Below are positions 16,380 through 29,309 of a DNA stretch of 64,000 nucleotides, one piece after another (position 1 is the stretch's first letter; each line of letters opens with the position of its first letter). The DNA lies in contig OZ024761.1 of the NCBI GenBank assembly GCA_964016885.1, positions 20,336,001 through 20,400,000 on the forward strand. Direction: 5' to 3'. This DNA is from Eledone cirrhosa (taxonomy: Eukaryota). The notes below the pieces were generated by a model. The model was not told where the DNA came from. It searched no databases and saw only the letters and a list, made by a program, of their open reading frames with translations. Position numbers and translations under genes: made by a program.

Positions 16380-16685
16380 CATATCTATCTCTTTATCTGT
16401 CTATCCTAACCTATCCTATCATATCTATCTATTTATCTATCTATCTATTTATCTATCTACCTGTCTATCTCTGGGATGGACACACGCGTATAACTTGCTG
16501 AGTAAGTTCTGTTTAAATTTCTATAGAAATTCTTGTCTGATAACTTTAATTTTTGTACCATTTTGTAGAGGGACTGCCAGGTCAAACTTTGATCTGGTCA
16601 GTCTCTCAAAATATTCTACGCCTTTAGGCGAAATAGTTAAACAAAAAAAAAGTTTTTTCTTGTTGAAAAGTCAATATTTTTTTAA

Positions 16686-18464
16686 ATGGCCGAAGCTTCT
16701 TCACCAAAATTCGAAGGAGGAAAGGGGAAGATGAACTTACAGCTTCCCCCTGCCACTGTCACAGTAGCAGAGGTCAAGAAGAAAGGTCAGCCAGAGGAAG
16801 AATTCTCTCCACCTGTTAACCGACAACTTGACGTTGCCATGGTAACAACTCAAAGAACCAGCGGCAACAGCAACAACAACAATGCGACGGACGAAAACAA
16901 CACCAATAACAATAACAACAACAAGACCAATAACGGTGACAACAACAACAATGATAACAACAACACCACCAACGACAACAACAACACAAACAAACAAAAT
17001 TTCTCCTTCGCCGAGACGACAAGGAAAACCCTCGACTATCTGCCAGTAGATATAACAAAAGCGAAGGAGCTACTGGCGGATGCGAAAAAATATATAGTGT
17101 ACGGGGAAAATGGTTCATTCACAATCCATTCCCCCCCGGAACTAAAAAGCCAGAGACTCCTAAACACGGTCATGTTTAGGACAATCTCGAACAAAAGTAA
17201 AAAACCAGCTCAACCATCACAGAGCGAGATAGAGCTGGTTTTAAAAGACGTCATGAAGGACATCACCTTCATTCAGAAGGATAGACTCTACGGGAGTCTA
17301 TCCATTCTCATGAAGGACAGGGACACAGCAGTGAAACTGTCCATCAAACCAATCACATCCACCGCATACACCTTCTACCCTACGTACATGGGTAGAAGAA
17401 CACAAAAAATAAAAATCCACACCATCCTGCCGATTATGGACATATGGTGGGTTTTGACAGGTTTTCTGGACCTGGAGGATGACATGCTGGTGTCCATGGG
17501 AAAGGCATCGGGTGACGCGTTCAGTGGAACGAGCCTCGAACTTGTAGTTCAAATGAGGCCCGAAAGGATCGCCCAGATCCCTGAACGCGTCATACTGGAT
17601 GATCTAACCTTCATCAACATTACCGTTGAGGGTAGACGGCCCTCGTGTTACCTCTGCGGAACCAGAGGTCACCTGAGGGCTGTCTGTCCCCAACTTAATA
17701 AGAAAACCCCAATCCTGCCTACACCACCAACAGCTGCACAACCAACACAATCACCACAACTACCACTACAAAAACAACCACCACAGCTCAAACCAAAACA
17801 AAACAATGTCCAACCCATCCCCTCCACTCAAAAAACAAAAACAATTTCCAAAACACCCGTACCGCAAACACAACCCGAAAATATACCCCTCCCCTCCAAC
17901 GCGGAAGATGACCCTAGTTCGTCGTCAGACGAGGAGGAGCACTTCCACACAATCAAAAGAAAAAAAAGAAAACACACCTCAGACACACAAATGAAAAAAA
18001 ACCCTCCCCAAAACATAACACTGACACCAACACAAAAGAGCTCACAACAGCAAACAAAAAACACCACACAAAAACAAAAACATGCATACACATACATAAA
18101 TACAAGAAACAAAAAACTGTTAAACATTGTGTACAACAACAATCTAATAAAAACACAAGGGCCTAACTTCACCCAGGCAGGGGATTTCCCCCACCTCAAA
18201 ATGATTAAGGCCCCACAGGACACCTATAAAACTTTAAAAAACAATTTTAAAGAGGACGTGGGTCCCCCCTGCGTCGGGCCCATTAACCGCGTCCTCCTAA
18301 AAAACTATCCCACCCCCTCCCCAAACACCCACACAACTCCAAGCTCCCCAACCACACAACACACTGATGCCCCCACACTTCCACAAACCACCACCCCACC
18401 CAACAACCCATCCCCCACCCTAATGGAAATTGTGCAGCCCGATACCCGGGACGCAGAGAGGTAA
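16686..18464 (+). CDS. LINE ORF1 (gag-like, CCHC zinc knuckle)
   Basis: 592 aa; CYLCGTRGHLRAVC knuckle, poly-Asn tract, Pro/Gln-rich region and basic KRKKRK patch. Confidence 0.88.
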   Translation: MAEASSPKFEGGKGKMNLQLPPATVTVAEVKKKGQPEEEFSPPVNRQLDVAMVTTQRTSGNSNNNNATDENNTNNNNNNKTNNGDNNNNDNNNTTNDNNNTNKQNFSFAETTRKTLDYLPVDITKAKELLADAKKYIVYGENGSFTIHSPPELKSQRLLNTVMFRTISNKSKKPAQPSQSEIELVLKDVMKDITFIQKDRLYGSLSILMKDRDTAVKLSIKPITSTAYTFYPTYMGRRTQKIKIHTILPIMDIWWVLTGFLDLEDDMLVSMGKASGDAFSGTSLELVVQMRPERIAQIPERVILDDLTFINITVEGRRPSCYLCGTRGHLRAVCPQLNKKTPILPTPPTAAQPTQSPQLPLQKQPPQLKPKQNNVQPIPSTQKTKTISKTPVPQTQPENIPLPSNAEDDPSSSSDEEEHFHTIKRKKRKHTSDTQMKKNPPQNITLTPTQKSSQQQTKNTTQKQKHAYTYINTRNKKLLNIVYNNNLIKTQGPNFTQAGDFPHLKMIKAPQDTYKTLKNNFKEDVGPPCVGPINRVLLKNYPTPSPNTHTTPSSPTTQHTDAPTLPQTTTPPNNPSPTLMEIVQPDTRDAER

Positions 18465-18488
18465 GTGCCTTTTCTCTTCACCACCAAC

Positions 18489-21400
18489 ATGGCTATGCTA
18501 AGAGTAGGCTGTTTAAACGCGCGTGGCCTGGGCTCAACTTGGAAGCAAGCAATGCTTCTAAATGACCTCAGGTCACAACGTATAGATGTGATGGTTATTT
18601 GCGAGGCCCGGATCAGCAACGTGCGACAGCTGGCCCCCACCTTTGATGACTTTGAGATGCACGCATCTCTCTGTCAGCCCGGAGGTGGGGGTGGAGTTGT
18701 CGTTCTGCTGCAAAAACATCTGGGTCTCGCAACACAGATGGTACATTTGGACCCGGAGGGTCGACTAGTGGTTCTGGACCTTGGCAGTGGTAAAGGCGGA
18801 GCGTTTAGGTTGGTAGCCGCCTACGGCCCTTTCGGGTCAATGCGGCCGGACTTCTTCCATCGTCTGGAGACTTTTCTAGGGACGTCCCGCTCCTTGCTAT
18901 TAGTGGGGGACTGGAATGGTATCCTAGATGCACGCTGGGACTACGTAGGGGCCTGCCCCGATAGAGAGGGGTGTAATAGCCTCAAAGGGTTAATCGGTCG
19001 ATTTGACCTGGCCGATAGATATCGACTAGATTTTCCGACTGCGCCAACCTGGACTTGGGCAAATCGTAGCGGATCATCTAGGTCGTACCTAGATAGGTTC
19101 TTAGTTAGAATTAAGGATAAGGACTTTTTAAGTTGTCCAAAAATGCGCATTGTTGGCTATTCAGACCACAAATTAGTGACCTGCATGGTCAACCTTGACA
19201 GAACTCATAGACAGGGCCCCGGTTACTGGAAGCTCAACTTGTCCTTGCCGGCAAGTAGAGCCTACAGGAATCGGATTAGTACGTTAGTTAAGGAACGGTT
19301 GACTGGAGCGATCGTCAACAGCAGGTGGTGGGTATCTCTAAAGAGAGAGATTAGAGTAGTCTCGATAGAATTTAGTAAGGTTCTAGCTGCGGATAGGAAT
19401 AGGAAGGAAAGGGAGCTAATAGATAGAGTAGAAGAGGCAATTAGAAGCGGCGACGTGGCCAGAGTGCTAGCGTCGAGAACGGCTTTGAGCCAGTTTTTCG
19501 ACGCGAAGCACGAAGGCTGCGTTGTCCGAAGTAAAATACGTGCTCTAGGGAACGAGGGGACCAAAGCTGTTAGCTGGGCCCGCGTGACAGAGGCCAACAG
19601 TGGAACTAAATCCACCATCCGGTCTTTGCGAGACCTGGATGGACGGGCGATTCTTGAGCCTAAGCAGATGTGTGAGGCCTTTCAAAGGCACTTTGCCCGA
19701 CTGTTCGGGAGGGGCGGGGAGCCGGTTGGGAACGTGGACTTCGGTCCATACCTCGACGGCCTGCCGCGCCTCTCGGACAGGGAGGCGAAGTCCTGCGAAG
19801 AGCCGATTTCGGCCGCTGAGATAGAGGACGTGCTGAGCCAATGCGGCAAACGCAAATCCCCGGGTCTCGATGGTCTTCCTTACGAATTATATCTAGCTAT
19901 GCCGGACTTGTTCCCCGATCTCCTCGAGGCGGTCTACTGCAACTGGCAACAGAACGGGAGAATTCCCTGTACTGTGACCAAGGGCGTAGTCACGCTAGTG
20001 AGGAAGGACGAGAACAAGGGGGACGAAATAAGTAACTTCAGGCCCATAACACTGCTAAATACAGAGTTACAGATTTTGGCCAAGGTGCTAGCAAAGAGGT
20101 TGGCGCTTGTCGTGGGCAACCTGGTGGGAGATGCGCAGACATGCGCTATCCCGTCCAGGTCCATCCATGACAACCTCCACCTCATGCGATACATCATAGA
20201 GAGGGTTGGGAACGAACCCGGCTTTGGTGGGGCTCTGATCAACTTGGATCAATCTAAGGCGTTCGATAGGGTCGACCATGGTTACCTGGATGCGGTGCTA
20301 GCGGCGGCAGGCTTCGGACCCGTTTTCAGGGGCTGGATCACTGCTATGCACAGCAGCCGCATCTGCTCTAGGGTCAAGGTGAACGGCTACCTCTCGGAGC
20401 CGTTCAAAATCGCGCGGTCCATCCGACAAGGGTGCCCTCTCTCCTCCCTTCTGTATGTGTTGACTCTCGAGCCACTACTGCGGAAGTTGGAGTTGTTGCA
20501 GGGCATCCCTTTGGAACCGGGATTGCGGAAAGCGGTGTCGGCCTACGCCGATGACGTGACAGTAATGGTGTCGACGGCCTCCGAAATCGAGGCGGTCGGC
20601 ACCTTACTGGAGGAGTACGAAAAGTTCACAGGGGCTAAGCTGAACCGGGACAAGTCGATCGGTTTGCAACTCGGCACGTGGAGGGGCAGACCGATGCCCT
20701 CCGATAGCGTCGTCGGACGCTGGACGGAGGGCCCGGTGAAGTTGCTCGGGGTCTGGTTCGGACCGGACCTCCAGGTGGAGAAAAACTGGGCGGAGGTTAC
20801 GAACAGGGTGTTTGCACTGACCCAGAAGTGGGCCAGTTGCAAACTATCCCTGAAAGGCCGGGCGGAGGTGGCGAACACCTACATAGCGTCCGTCATCTAC
20901 TACCGCCTGACCGTAGTGCCCTGCCCAAGGGAAACCCTCACCAAGATGGAGCGCGCGCTCTTCCAATTCCTTTGGAAGAGGCGGGCTCCTATGGTGAGGA
21001 GATCCATCTGCTGTCAACACCCTTCGAAAGGAGGGCTGGGGATGCCGTGGCTAATGATGCGTAAACACGCATTAAGGCTACGGCACCTCTACGTATTCCT
21101 CACCGGACAACCGGTGTGGGCCTCGTTTGTGAGACGAACCTTTCCCAGACTCGTCTCACTCACCGAGCTGCAATCCTGGGTCAAGCAAAGACCGAGAAAA
21201 CTGGGCGCCTGGCACACTGAGTGTGCCCAGGCGCTCACCGCCCTCTGGCAGGCGGATCCGGTTATCAGTGGAGACTCCACCGCAACATTCTATAGAGGGC
21301 TAGTACGCAGCAGGTGCGACGACGCCCTCGGAGAAGCCCTAGACATGGAGGAGGACGAACTGGCCAGCCTGTTCGGTAGGACATTCAGCCCGGGACCTAT

Positions 21401-21926
21401 GGACAACTTCCAGAAGTCCCTGGCCTGGCAGTGCTACCGAGGGGCTTTACCCGTTCGAGAAAGGCTCTACAGACACGGGCGCCCGGGTAGGGACCCCGCC
21501 AAAAAGATCTGTCCCAGATGCGTGTGCGACGAGGAAACCGTTGCACACGCATTAGTACACTGCTCGGGCGTAGCCGATCTGTGGGGCTATGTCGAACAAC
21601 TGCTGTCAAGGGTGGGACCGATCCGGTTGACCACCGAGTCTATTGTAATGATCAAGCCGCCTCCCCCCTTCAAAGATGAAGCAGAGGCGGTGTTTCTGTG
21701 CGTAATAGCCATGGCGAAAGAGGTTGTATGGTGGACGCGTCTGAAAGGACTGAGGTCGGGCACCTTTCTCTCTGGCCAACAACTGGTCCGTTTCTTCCGA
21801 TATCATTTCGGAAGAAGGATCAGGATGGAGAGAGAGGTGCTGCACCCCAGCCGTTTCTATGAAAGATGGGTGAAAGTGGCGAGAATGGCCCGTGTGAATG
21901 GGCCTTCACTCTACATCAGACTATAG
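18489..21926 (+). CDS. LINE ORF2: AP endonuclease + reverse transcriptase + C-terminal CCHC
   Basis: LNARG, GDWN, YLDR and SDH (APE); PGLDG, FRPITLLN, KAFDRV, IRQGCPLS and AYADD (RT); CPRC..ETVAHALVHC. The frame is open from 18465 and the first ATG is at 18489. Confidence 0.97.
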   Translation: MAMLRVGCLNARGLGSTWKQAMLLNDLRSQRIDVMVICEARISNVRQLAPTFDDFEMHASLCQPGGGGGVVVLLQKHLGLATQMVHLDPEGRLVVLDLGSGKGGAFRLVAAYGPFGSMRPDFFHRLETFLGTSRSLLLVGDWNGILDARWDYVGACPDREGCNSLKGLIGRFDLADRYRLDFPTAPTWTWANRSGSSRSYLDRFLVRIKDKDFLSCPKMRIVGYSDHKLVTCMVNLDRTHRQGPGYWKLNLSLPASRAYRNRISTLVKERLTGAIVNSRWWVSLKREIRVVSIEFSKVLAADRNRKERELIDRVEEAIRSGDVARVLASRTALSQFFDAKHEGCVVRSKIRALGNEGTKAVSWARVTEANSGTKSTIRSLRDLDGRAILEPKQMCEAFQRHFARLFGRGGEPVGNVDFGPYLDGLPRLSDREAKSCEEPISAAEIEDVLSQCGKRKSPGLDGLPYELYLAMPDLFPDLLEAVYCNWQQNGRIPCTVTKGVVTLVRKDENKGDEISNFRPITLLNTELQILAKVLAKRLALVVGNLVGDAQTCAIPSRSIHDNLHLMRYIIERVGNEPGFGGALINLDQSKAFDRVDHGYLDAVLAAAGFGPVFRGWITAMHSSRICSRVKVNGYLSEPFKIARSIRQGCPLSSLLYVLTLEPLLRKLELLQGIPLEPGLRKAVSAYADDVTVMVSTASEIEAVGTLLEEYEKFTGAKLNRDKSIGLQLGTWRGRPMPSDSVVGRWTEGPVKLLGVWFGPDLQVEKNWAEVTNRVFALTQKWASCKLSLKGRAEVANTYIASVIYYRLTVVPCPRETLTKMERALFQFLWKRRAPMVRRSICCQHPSKGGLGMPWLMMRKHALRLRHLYVFLTGQPVWASFVRRTFPRLVSLTELQSWVKQRPRKLGAWHTECAQALTALWQADPVISGDSTATFYRGLVRSRCDDALGEALDMEEDELASLFGRTFSPGPMDNFQKSLAWQCYRGALPVRERLYRHGRPGRDPAKKICPRCVCDEETVAHALVHCSGVADLWGYVEQLLSRVGPIRLTTESIVMIKPPPPFKDEAEAVFLCVIAMAKEVVWWTRLKGLRSGTFLSGQQLVRFFRYHFGRRIRMEREVLHPSRFYERWVKVARMARVNGPSLYIRL

Positions 21927-22645
21927 GTGAGGAAGATGAAAGACCAAGGGAGCACCCCTTCTCTGTGCTCCTGAGGAGAAGGGTTGCACACTTTTTTCGG
22001 GGGTGTGTGCGACCCCCCAAGGCGCCTCCTCTCTATTGAGGATTTTGTTAAAAATTTTATTTTTTGTTATATCTTATTTTATTTTTATATTTTGTTATTG
22101 CCTCCTCCTTATTGAGGACGCCTTTTTGTGTAAACTCCCCCCTTTGTACTTGTCCCACTTTTGATGCCCTAGTGGCAAATAAAAGAAATATATCTATCTA
22201 TATATCTAATAAAAAACATATCTATATATCTATCCATCTACCTATATATATATATATATCCCACCATTACACTCCCGGAACTTTTCAGCAAGAAATTAAT
22301 TCTATGCGTTTCTAATCAATTATTAAAAGTATTCACCATTGATCGATTTTTCATGGCAAATAACAGAGGTTTTTTATTATGTTTGGACACATATTGATGA
22401 ATACGAGGCTAATAGTGAATTATTGATTCTGTTTAATCCATTATCGCCGAGAGATGTCACTATTTTACATGGAACATCACTAGTGTTGATAGCAGCAGGA
22501 AGTTCGTTAGAGATTACGCTGGAAAACAGTTTCCGTCGGCCATTTTTCTAACGCCTTATTTTCGTATTTATCTTTTCTTTTTATTTTATTTAAACAAAAT
22601 ACTTTATTGTTTGTTTGTTGTTTATAAATGTTATACTCACACACA

Positions 22646-22695
<50 letters not shown>

Positions 22696-22747
22696 TTTGT
22701 ATACACACACACACACACACACACACGCACATATATATATATATATG

Positions 22748-22858
<111 letters not shown>

Positions 22859-22902
22859 ATGTATATATATATATTTATATGTATATATATATATATATAT
22901 GA

Positions 22903-23095
22903 AACAAGTAAGACCCCGACAGCTGAGCTCAAGCCGTTTCGACGGCTAATTCTGGACTCGTCCAGAATTAGCCGTCGAAACGGCTTGAGCTCAGCCGTCG
23001 GGGTCTTACTTGTTCCTATTACCCACTCTACTACTCTAAGTATTGAGTACTTTGGTGCGTTATGGTCCACCTGGTTCCTTACCACATTTCCTTCG

Positions 23096-23097
<2 letters not shown>
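22903..23097 (+). repeat. Palindromic dispersed element (half-hammerhead family), copy 1
   Basis: Near-perfect 112-bp palindrome at 22903-23014 plus a tail; homologous to 57972-58197 in the opposite orientation. Confidence 0.85.
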
Positions 23098-23142
<45 letters not shown>

Positions 23143-23147
<5 letters not shown>

Positions 23148-23652
23148 TAGCGAGAATCGTATTTCAGCTTTGGAAATTAGCGAAAAACAACTTCCGAGAT
23201 ATGTGGCAAGCGCTCAATAGATTCTAACGAACCAGAGCTACAACATACGTTAAAAGGCCAAACACACTGAGACGATGGTTAAACCGTCATCCGCACAGCC
23301 ATAGAAACGACCAAGTAATTTGGGTCAAACAAATAAAAAAATATGTGATTGAAAAATTTACCCGGACCCCTGGATGGTTGGTGAAAATCGAACATTTTTG
23401 TTTCTGCGACTCCTAAATCAAGTACTGTCCGCTTAGACAAATAATGTTAGGCTTCTGGTAAGATGATTGAACAAGGAAGTCACTTTCTCAACAGGCTTTT
23501 AGTTCAAGTGCCAGGCCAAGGATTGACCGTTACCAATACCCACGTGGGGCTCGACAAGGGAGGCAACCCTTATTTTTGGCGGATGAATTCAGTATGTGTA
23601 TATTATTGCAAAATTGCAAAATATCACAAAACGAATTAAGTTCTCAACAGAA
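23143..23652 (+). repeat. Unclassified ~500-bp element embedded in (TA)n
   Basis: Homologous to 52800-53285 (+), 28255-29100 (-, rearranged) and more distantly 14765-15275. Confidence 0.75.
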
Positions 23653-24423
23653 TATATATATATATGTATATATAAATATGCACATATGTACATGAATATT
23701 TATACACTCATGCTCATATATTCATAAACTCATACGTATATACATATATACATACATATGCACATATAGATATATACATATACATATATATACATACATA
23801 CACATACACATACATACACATACACATACATACACACATACATACATACACATACATACACACATACATACATATATACATACACATACACATACATACA
23901 CATACATACACACATACATACACATACATACATACACACATACATATATACATACACATACATACATATATACATATATACATATATACATACATACATA
24001 CATATATACATATATACATACATACATACACACACACATATATACATACATACATACATACACACATATACATACGTACATACATACATATGTACATATA
24101 TACATACATAAAAACACATATATACATACATATATACATGTATACATACATACTCACACATATATACATGCATACATACATACATACATACATACATACA
24201 TACATACATACATACATACATACATACATACATACATACATACACATATATACATGCATACATCCACACACGTTTCTACTAGCTTCATGAGCAGAAATCT
24301 AAAGAGAAATTGGCTCGAAGTGGATTAATTTATACACACATGCATACATACACATACATATTTATATATAGGTGTGTGTGTGTGTGTGTGTATGTGTATG
24401 TTTGCGTGTGTGTGTGTGTGTGT

Positions 24424-24470
<47 letters not shown>

Positions 24471-24481
24471 TGTGTGTGTGT

Positions 24482-24562
<81 letters not shown>

Positions 24563-24829
24563 TGTGTGTGTGTGAGTGTGTGAGTGTGTGTGTGTGTGTG
24601 AATACATGTATTTTACAGTATATGCAAGTGAGAATCTCCCACCGATGTTTCATATGCACAAAGCATATAAGATATAATGTAGTCTTGTCTCAAAACCGAT
24701 TGGTTAAACGTCACTGATGACGGATAGAAACCCTGAAGTACGTGTTTGGCATCCTCACCTATTAATGAGATAGTTGTGCCATGATCACACCTTCAAGAAT
24801 TCATAGCGAGACTATATATATATATATAT

Positions 24830-24872
<43 letters not shown>

Positions 24873-24921
24873 TATATATATACACATATATAGATATATA
24901 ATGCACATTTATACACATATT

Positions 24922-24991
<70 letters not shown>

Positions 24992-25481
24992 TTATAGTTA
25001 TACATATAAATATATGTATATACATATATTTATAATACATATTTATACACATACACTCACATATATACCATATATATATATATATATAATATATATATTT
25101 ATATATAATCTGTCATAATGTGATTATGTATTTATTTTCAAGATAGTAAAGTGAATAGATAGATAATTAATAAAATAGATAGATAATTAATTCAGACTAA
25201 TTAAATAAGGAAATAATTTCTAACTTGATAAACAAGGAGAGGAAATTTAACTTAACAAACTGGAGAACGGTGTAATGTGGTGTGGTGGAGTGTGGTGGAG
25301 TGTGGTGTGGTTTGGTGTGGTTTGGTGTGGTGGTGTAATGTGGTGTGGTGAAGTGTGGTGTGGTTTGGTGTGGTGGTGTGTGGTGGTGTAATGTGGTGTG
25401 GTGGAGTGTGGTGGAGCAATGTGGTGTGGTGGAGTGTGGTGTGGTGGAGTGTGGTGGAGTGTGGTGGTGTAATGTGGTGTG

Positions 25482-26033
25482 AACTTCAGATTAGGATCTC
25501 ACCATCTCTGATACTTCCCACTAAGCCACCGAGACTGCTACAAAAATCTACTGAAAATTCATACTTACAAACCTACTTTCAAAATAAAATGAAATTAACT
25601 AAATTAAATTGATTTAAATTAAATTAAAGGAATTAAAATAAAGTAAAATAAAATAAAATAAATAGACATTGGGTTAAAACCAAAGTTTCTCAGTTTTTTT
25701 GTAAGAGATGTGAAAGAAAAATTGAAAGAAATTAATTGGACCTGACTGAATACCCAGAGCAGATTTGAACCTCCAGACCAGGATCTCACTATCTCTCGTA
25801 CTTCCCACTAAGCCACCGAAACTGCTACAACGATCTATAGAAAATTAATATTTATAAACTTACTTTCTAAATTAAATTAATTAAATTAAATTAAATTAAA
25901 ATTAATTAAATAAACAGACATTGGAGTTCTCACGAAACCTTTTCAGTTTTTTTCTAAGAGATGTAAAAGGAAAATTGAAAAAGATTAATAGGACACCCTA
26001 CATGTATCTCCCAGCAAGGACTGAACCCTCAGA
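25482..26033 (-). repeat. About 285-bp direct tandem duplication with a tRNA-like (Pol III) head
   Basis: Units start near 25482 and 25768. The minus strand has A-box TGGCTTAGTGG and B-box GGTTCAAATC at about 25755-25830; no convincing cloverleaf. Confidence 0.55.
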
Positions 26034-26429
26034 AATTTCAGTAAAATATCCGTCACGTCCTAGTTGGTCGATTTAATCAAGGACCCATCTTGATGGTCCC
26101 TAAACAAGCTCGAAACAACAGCAACAGCACACCCCTCATTTAACAATTAGTTGGGCTTCTCAAGGACATAAATAACCAAAAGTGTTCCTTATATGGCCCG
26201 GAAAGTGTTTTGGGGGGTAAGTTCACGTCATAGTTCATTCTTCGCAAAAAAAACAAGAGAATAGGATGGCCGTGTAGGTGCTAGTCAGGGTAGCCTTAAA
26301 AAAAATAAAAGGAAGAAAAAGAAGAAGAAGAAGAAGAAGAAGAAGAAGAAGAAGAAGAAGAAGAAGAAGAAGAAGAAGAAGAAGAAGAAGAACGGTGACA
26401 ACTACAACAAGAACAACAGCAGCAATAAT

Positions 26430-26472
<43 letters not shown>

Positions 26473-27298
26473 CCAGCAACAACAATAACAACAGCAGCAA
26501 TAACGACAATAAAAACCATCAGGAAATAATATAATTAATTTAAGTGATTGTCTTTTAATATGATTAAGAATAGACCCTCCCCTTATTCCACCCCCACACC
26601 CACCCCACCCCACTGATTGACACCCACACACCCCACCCCTAGTGTACCATGTCCCCCCTCTCACCACTGATTGACACAAACTGAAGCGTGACTCTATCGA
26701 TTAGTGGCTTTCAGTGAATTTCAGTTGTATCGATCATATATTGTCAGTTCGAATTCCGCCCAGGAGATCCTTTCATCTGATTGGTGGCGCAGTGGACGGG
26801 GAGATGGGGTGTAGTGATCGATAAAATAAAGTCCCAGAAAAATATATACACCGCTGGATAAGGTGTCCCCCAAAAATGTTAGTGGTGGTGGTGGTGGTGG
26901 TGATGGTGGTGGTGACGGTGGTGGTGGTGGTTGGTGCTCGTGGTGGTGTTAGTGGCGGTGGTGATGGCGGTAGTGGTGGTAGTGGTGATGGTGGTGGTGG
27001 TTGGTGGTGGTGGTGGTGGTGGTGGTAGTGGTGGTGGTGGTGGTAGTGGTGGTGGTGGTGGTGGTGGTGGTGGTGGTGGTGGTGGTGGTGGTGATGGTGG
27101 TGTTGGTGGCCGTGGTGGTGTTAGTGGCGGTGGTGTTAGTAGTGGTGGTGGTGATGGTAGTGGCGGAGGTGTTAGTGGTAGTGGTGGAGTTGTTTCCCTT
27201 ACAATTATCAAGTTTTATTGAAGTTACTTCCCTTGCATATTCGAAATTCTATATTACATTTTATGTATGTGATCACCAACTCCTACAGCCGCAAGAGG

Positions 27299-27365
<67 letters not shown>

Positions 27366-27630
27366 GCGGTCATTCTGGCACGGAGGGGTACCATCGCTGA
27401 ACATTAATATCGGTAAGGTTTTTTTTATATCGATATTTGTCGGGCATCCACGGATGATTTATAAGTGCCCACCTACATATATTCCTACGGACTATGTGTA
27501 GGCTTCTACATAACCGGGACATTATTTTCCCAATTTGTAGAAAACTTATAATGAAACGATCGTTTGGAAAGAGAGATGTATTTTAATTATGTCTCATATA
27601 AAATAATACAACTGGCTATCCGCAAAATAC

Positions 27631-27715
<85 letters not shown>

Positions 27716-27716
27716 C

Positions 27717-27749
<33 letters not shown>

Positions 27750-27750
27750 C

Positions 27751-27884
<134 letters not shown>

Positions 27885-27885
27885 G

Positions 27886-28263
<378 letters not shown>

Positions 28264-29238
28264 ATGCTTTCATATATTTTTATATCTGTATATCTGTTTG
28301 ACCCGAAATAGGAGATCGAATCTTCGCTGTGTGGATAGTTAGTTTAACCACCATCTCAGTGTGTTTGGCCTTTAACGTAAGTTGTAAGCTCTAATTATTT
28401 TGAATTATTGAGCGCTTACCTCACAATTCGAAAGTGTATTTTCGTTATTTCATAGGCTGAAATTCGATTCTCGCTAATTTTTACTTGTATTAATCTCCAG
28501 AGTCTAGCTATTGGCCAGTTAATTTTATTGACTGGTTTTGGTCTATTCTATTGACTGCTGAATAGCTTTGTTATATTTAACCACTCTGTCGAGAGCTTCA
28601 TTCGATTTGTGATATTTTTCATTTTCGCAATATTATACACAGATGATTTCATTCGCCTAATTTAGGTGTTGCCTCCCTTGCTGAACCCCACGTGGGGTCA
28701 GTTACAGACACATCTATGTGGTCTTTAGAACTGAATCCCGTTGATAACGCGCACTCCTAGTTCAGTCAGGATACGAGAAACTTAACATCCTTTATGTAAG
28801 TGGACAGTAAATGATTTATAGAGCCGCAGAAACCCCAACACTGGACTTTACCATCATTCCAGGGGTCCGGTGAGTATAAAACATTTATGCTTTCATATAT
28901 TTGTATATCTGTTTGACCCGAAATAGGAGATCGAATCTTCGCTGTGTGGATAATTAGTTTAACCACCATTTCAGTGTGTTTGGCCTTTAACGTAAGTTGT
29001 AAGCTCTAATTCTTTTGAATTATTGAGCGCTTGCCTCACAATTCGAAAGTGTTTTTTCGTTATTTCATAGGCTGAAATTCGATTCTCGCTAGTTTTTACT
29101 TGTATATATATATATATATATATTTATGTATATATATATATATTTATGTATATATATATATATATTCATGTATATATATATATATATATATATATTTATG
29201 TATATATAAGATCAAAAGATGGTTAAAAGAGCTCCAAG

Positions 29239-29309
29239 TATTTTATTATGCGCATTTCAAAAACAAATATCATCATGGGATGATATCTGTGTTTTCATCA
29301 GATAAAATA
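29239..29309 (-). ncRNA. Minimal hammerhead ribozyme motif (palindromic stem III UGCGCA)
   Basis: TATTTTAT-CTGATGA-long stem II-GAAA-TGCGCA-TA-ATAAAATA; paralog at 39143. Confidence 0.8.

Larger units (their letters stand above)
16471..22188 (+). mobile_element. Full-length Tx1/L1-clade non-LTR retrotransposon
   Basis: Two intact ORFs, 3'UTR with AATAAA at 22178, flanked by (TATC)n/(TA)n on both sides. Confidence 0.93.

Noticed and set aside
25755-25830. Functional tRNA gene
   Set aside because: A and B boxes are present but acceptor and anticodon stems are unconvincing; treated as a tRNA-derived repeat.
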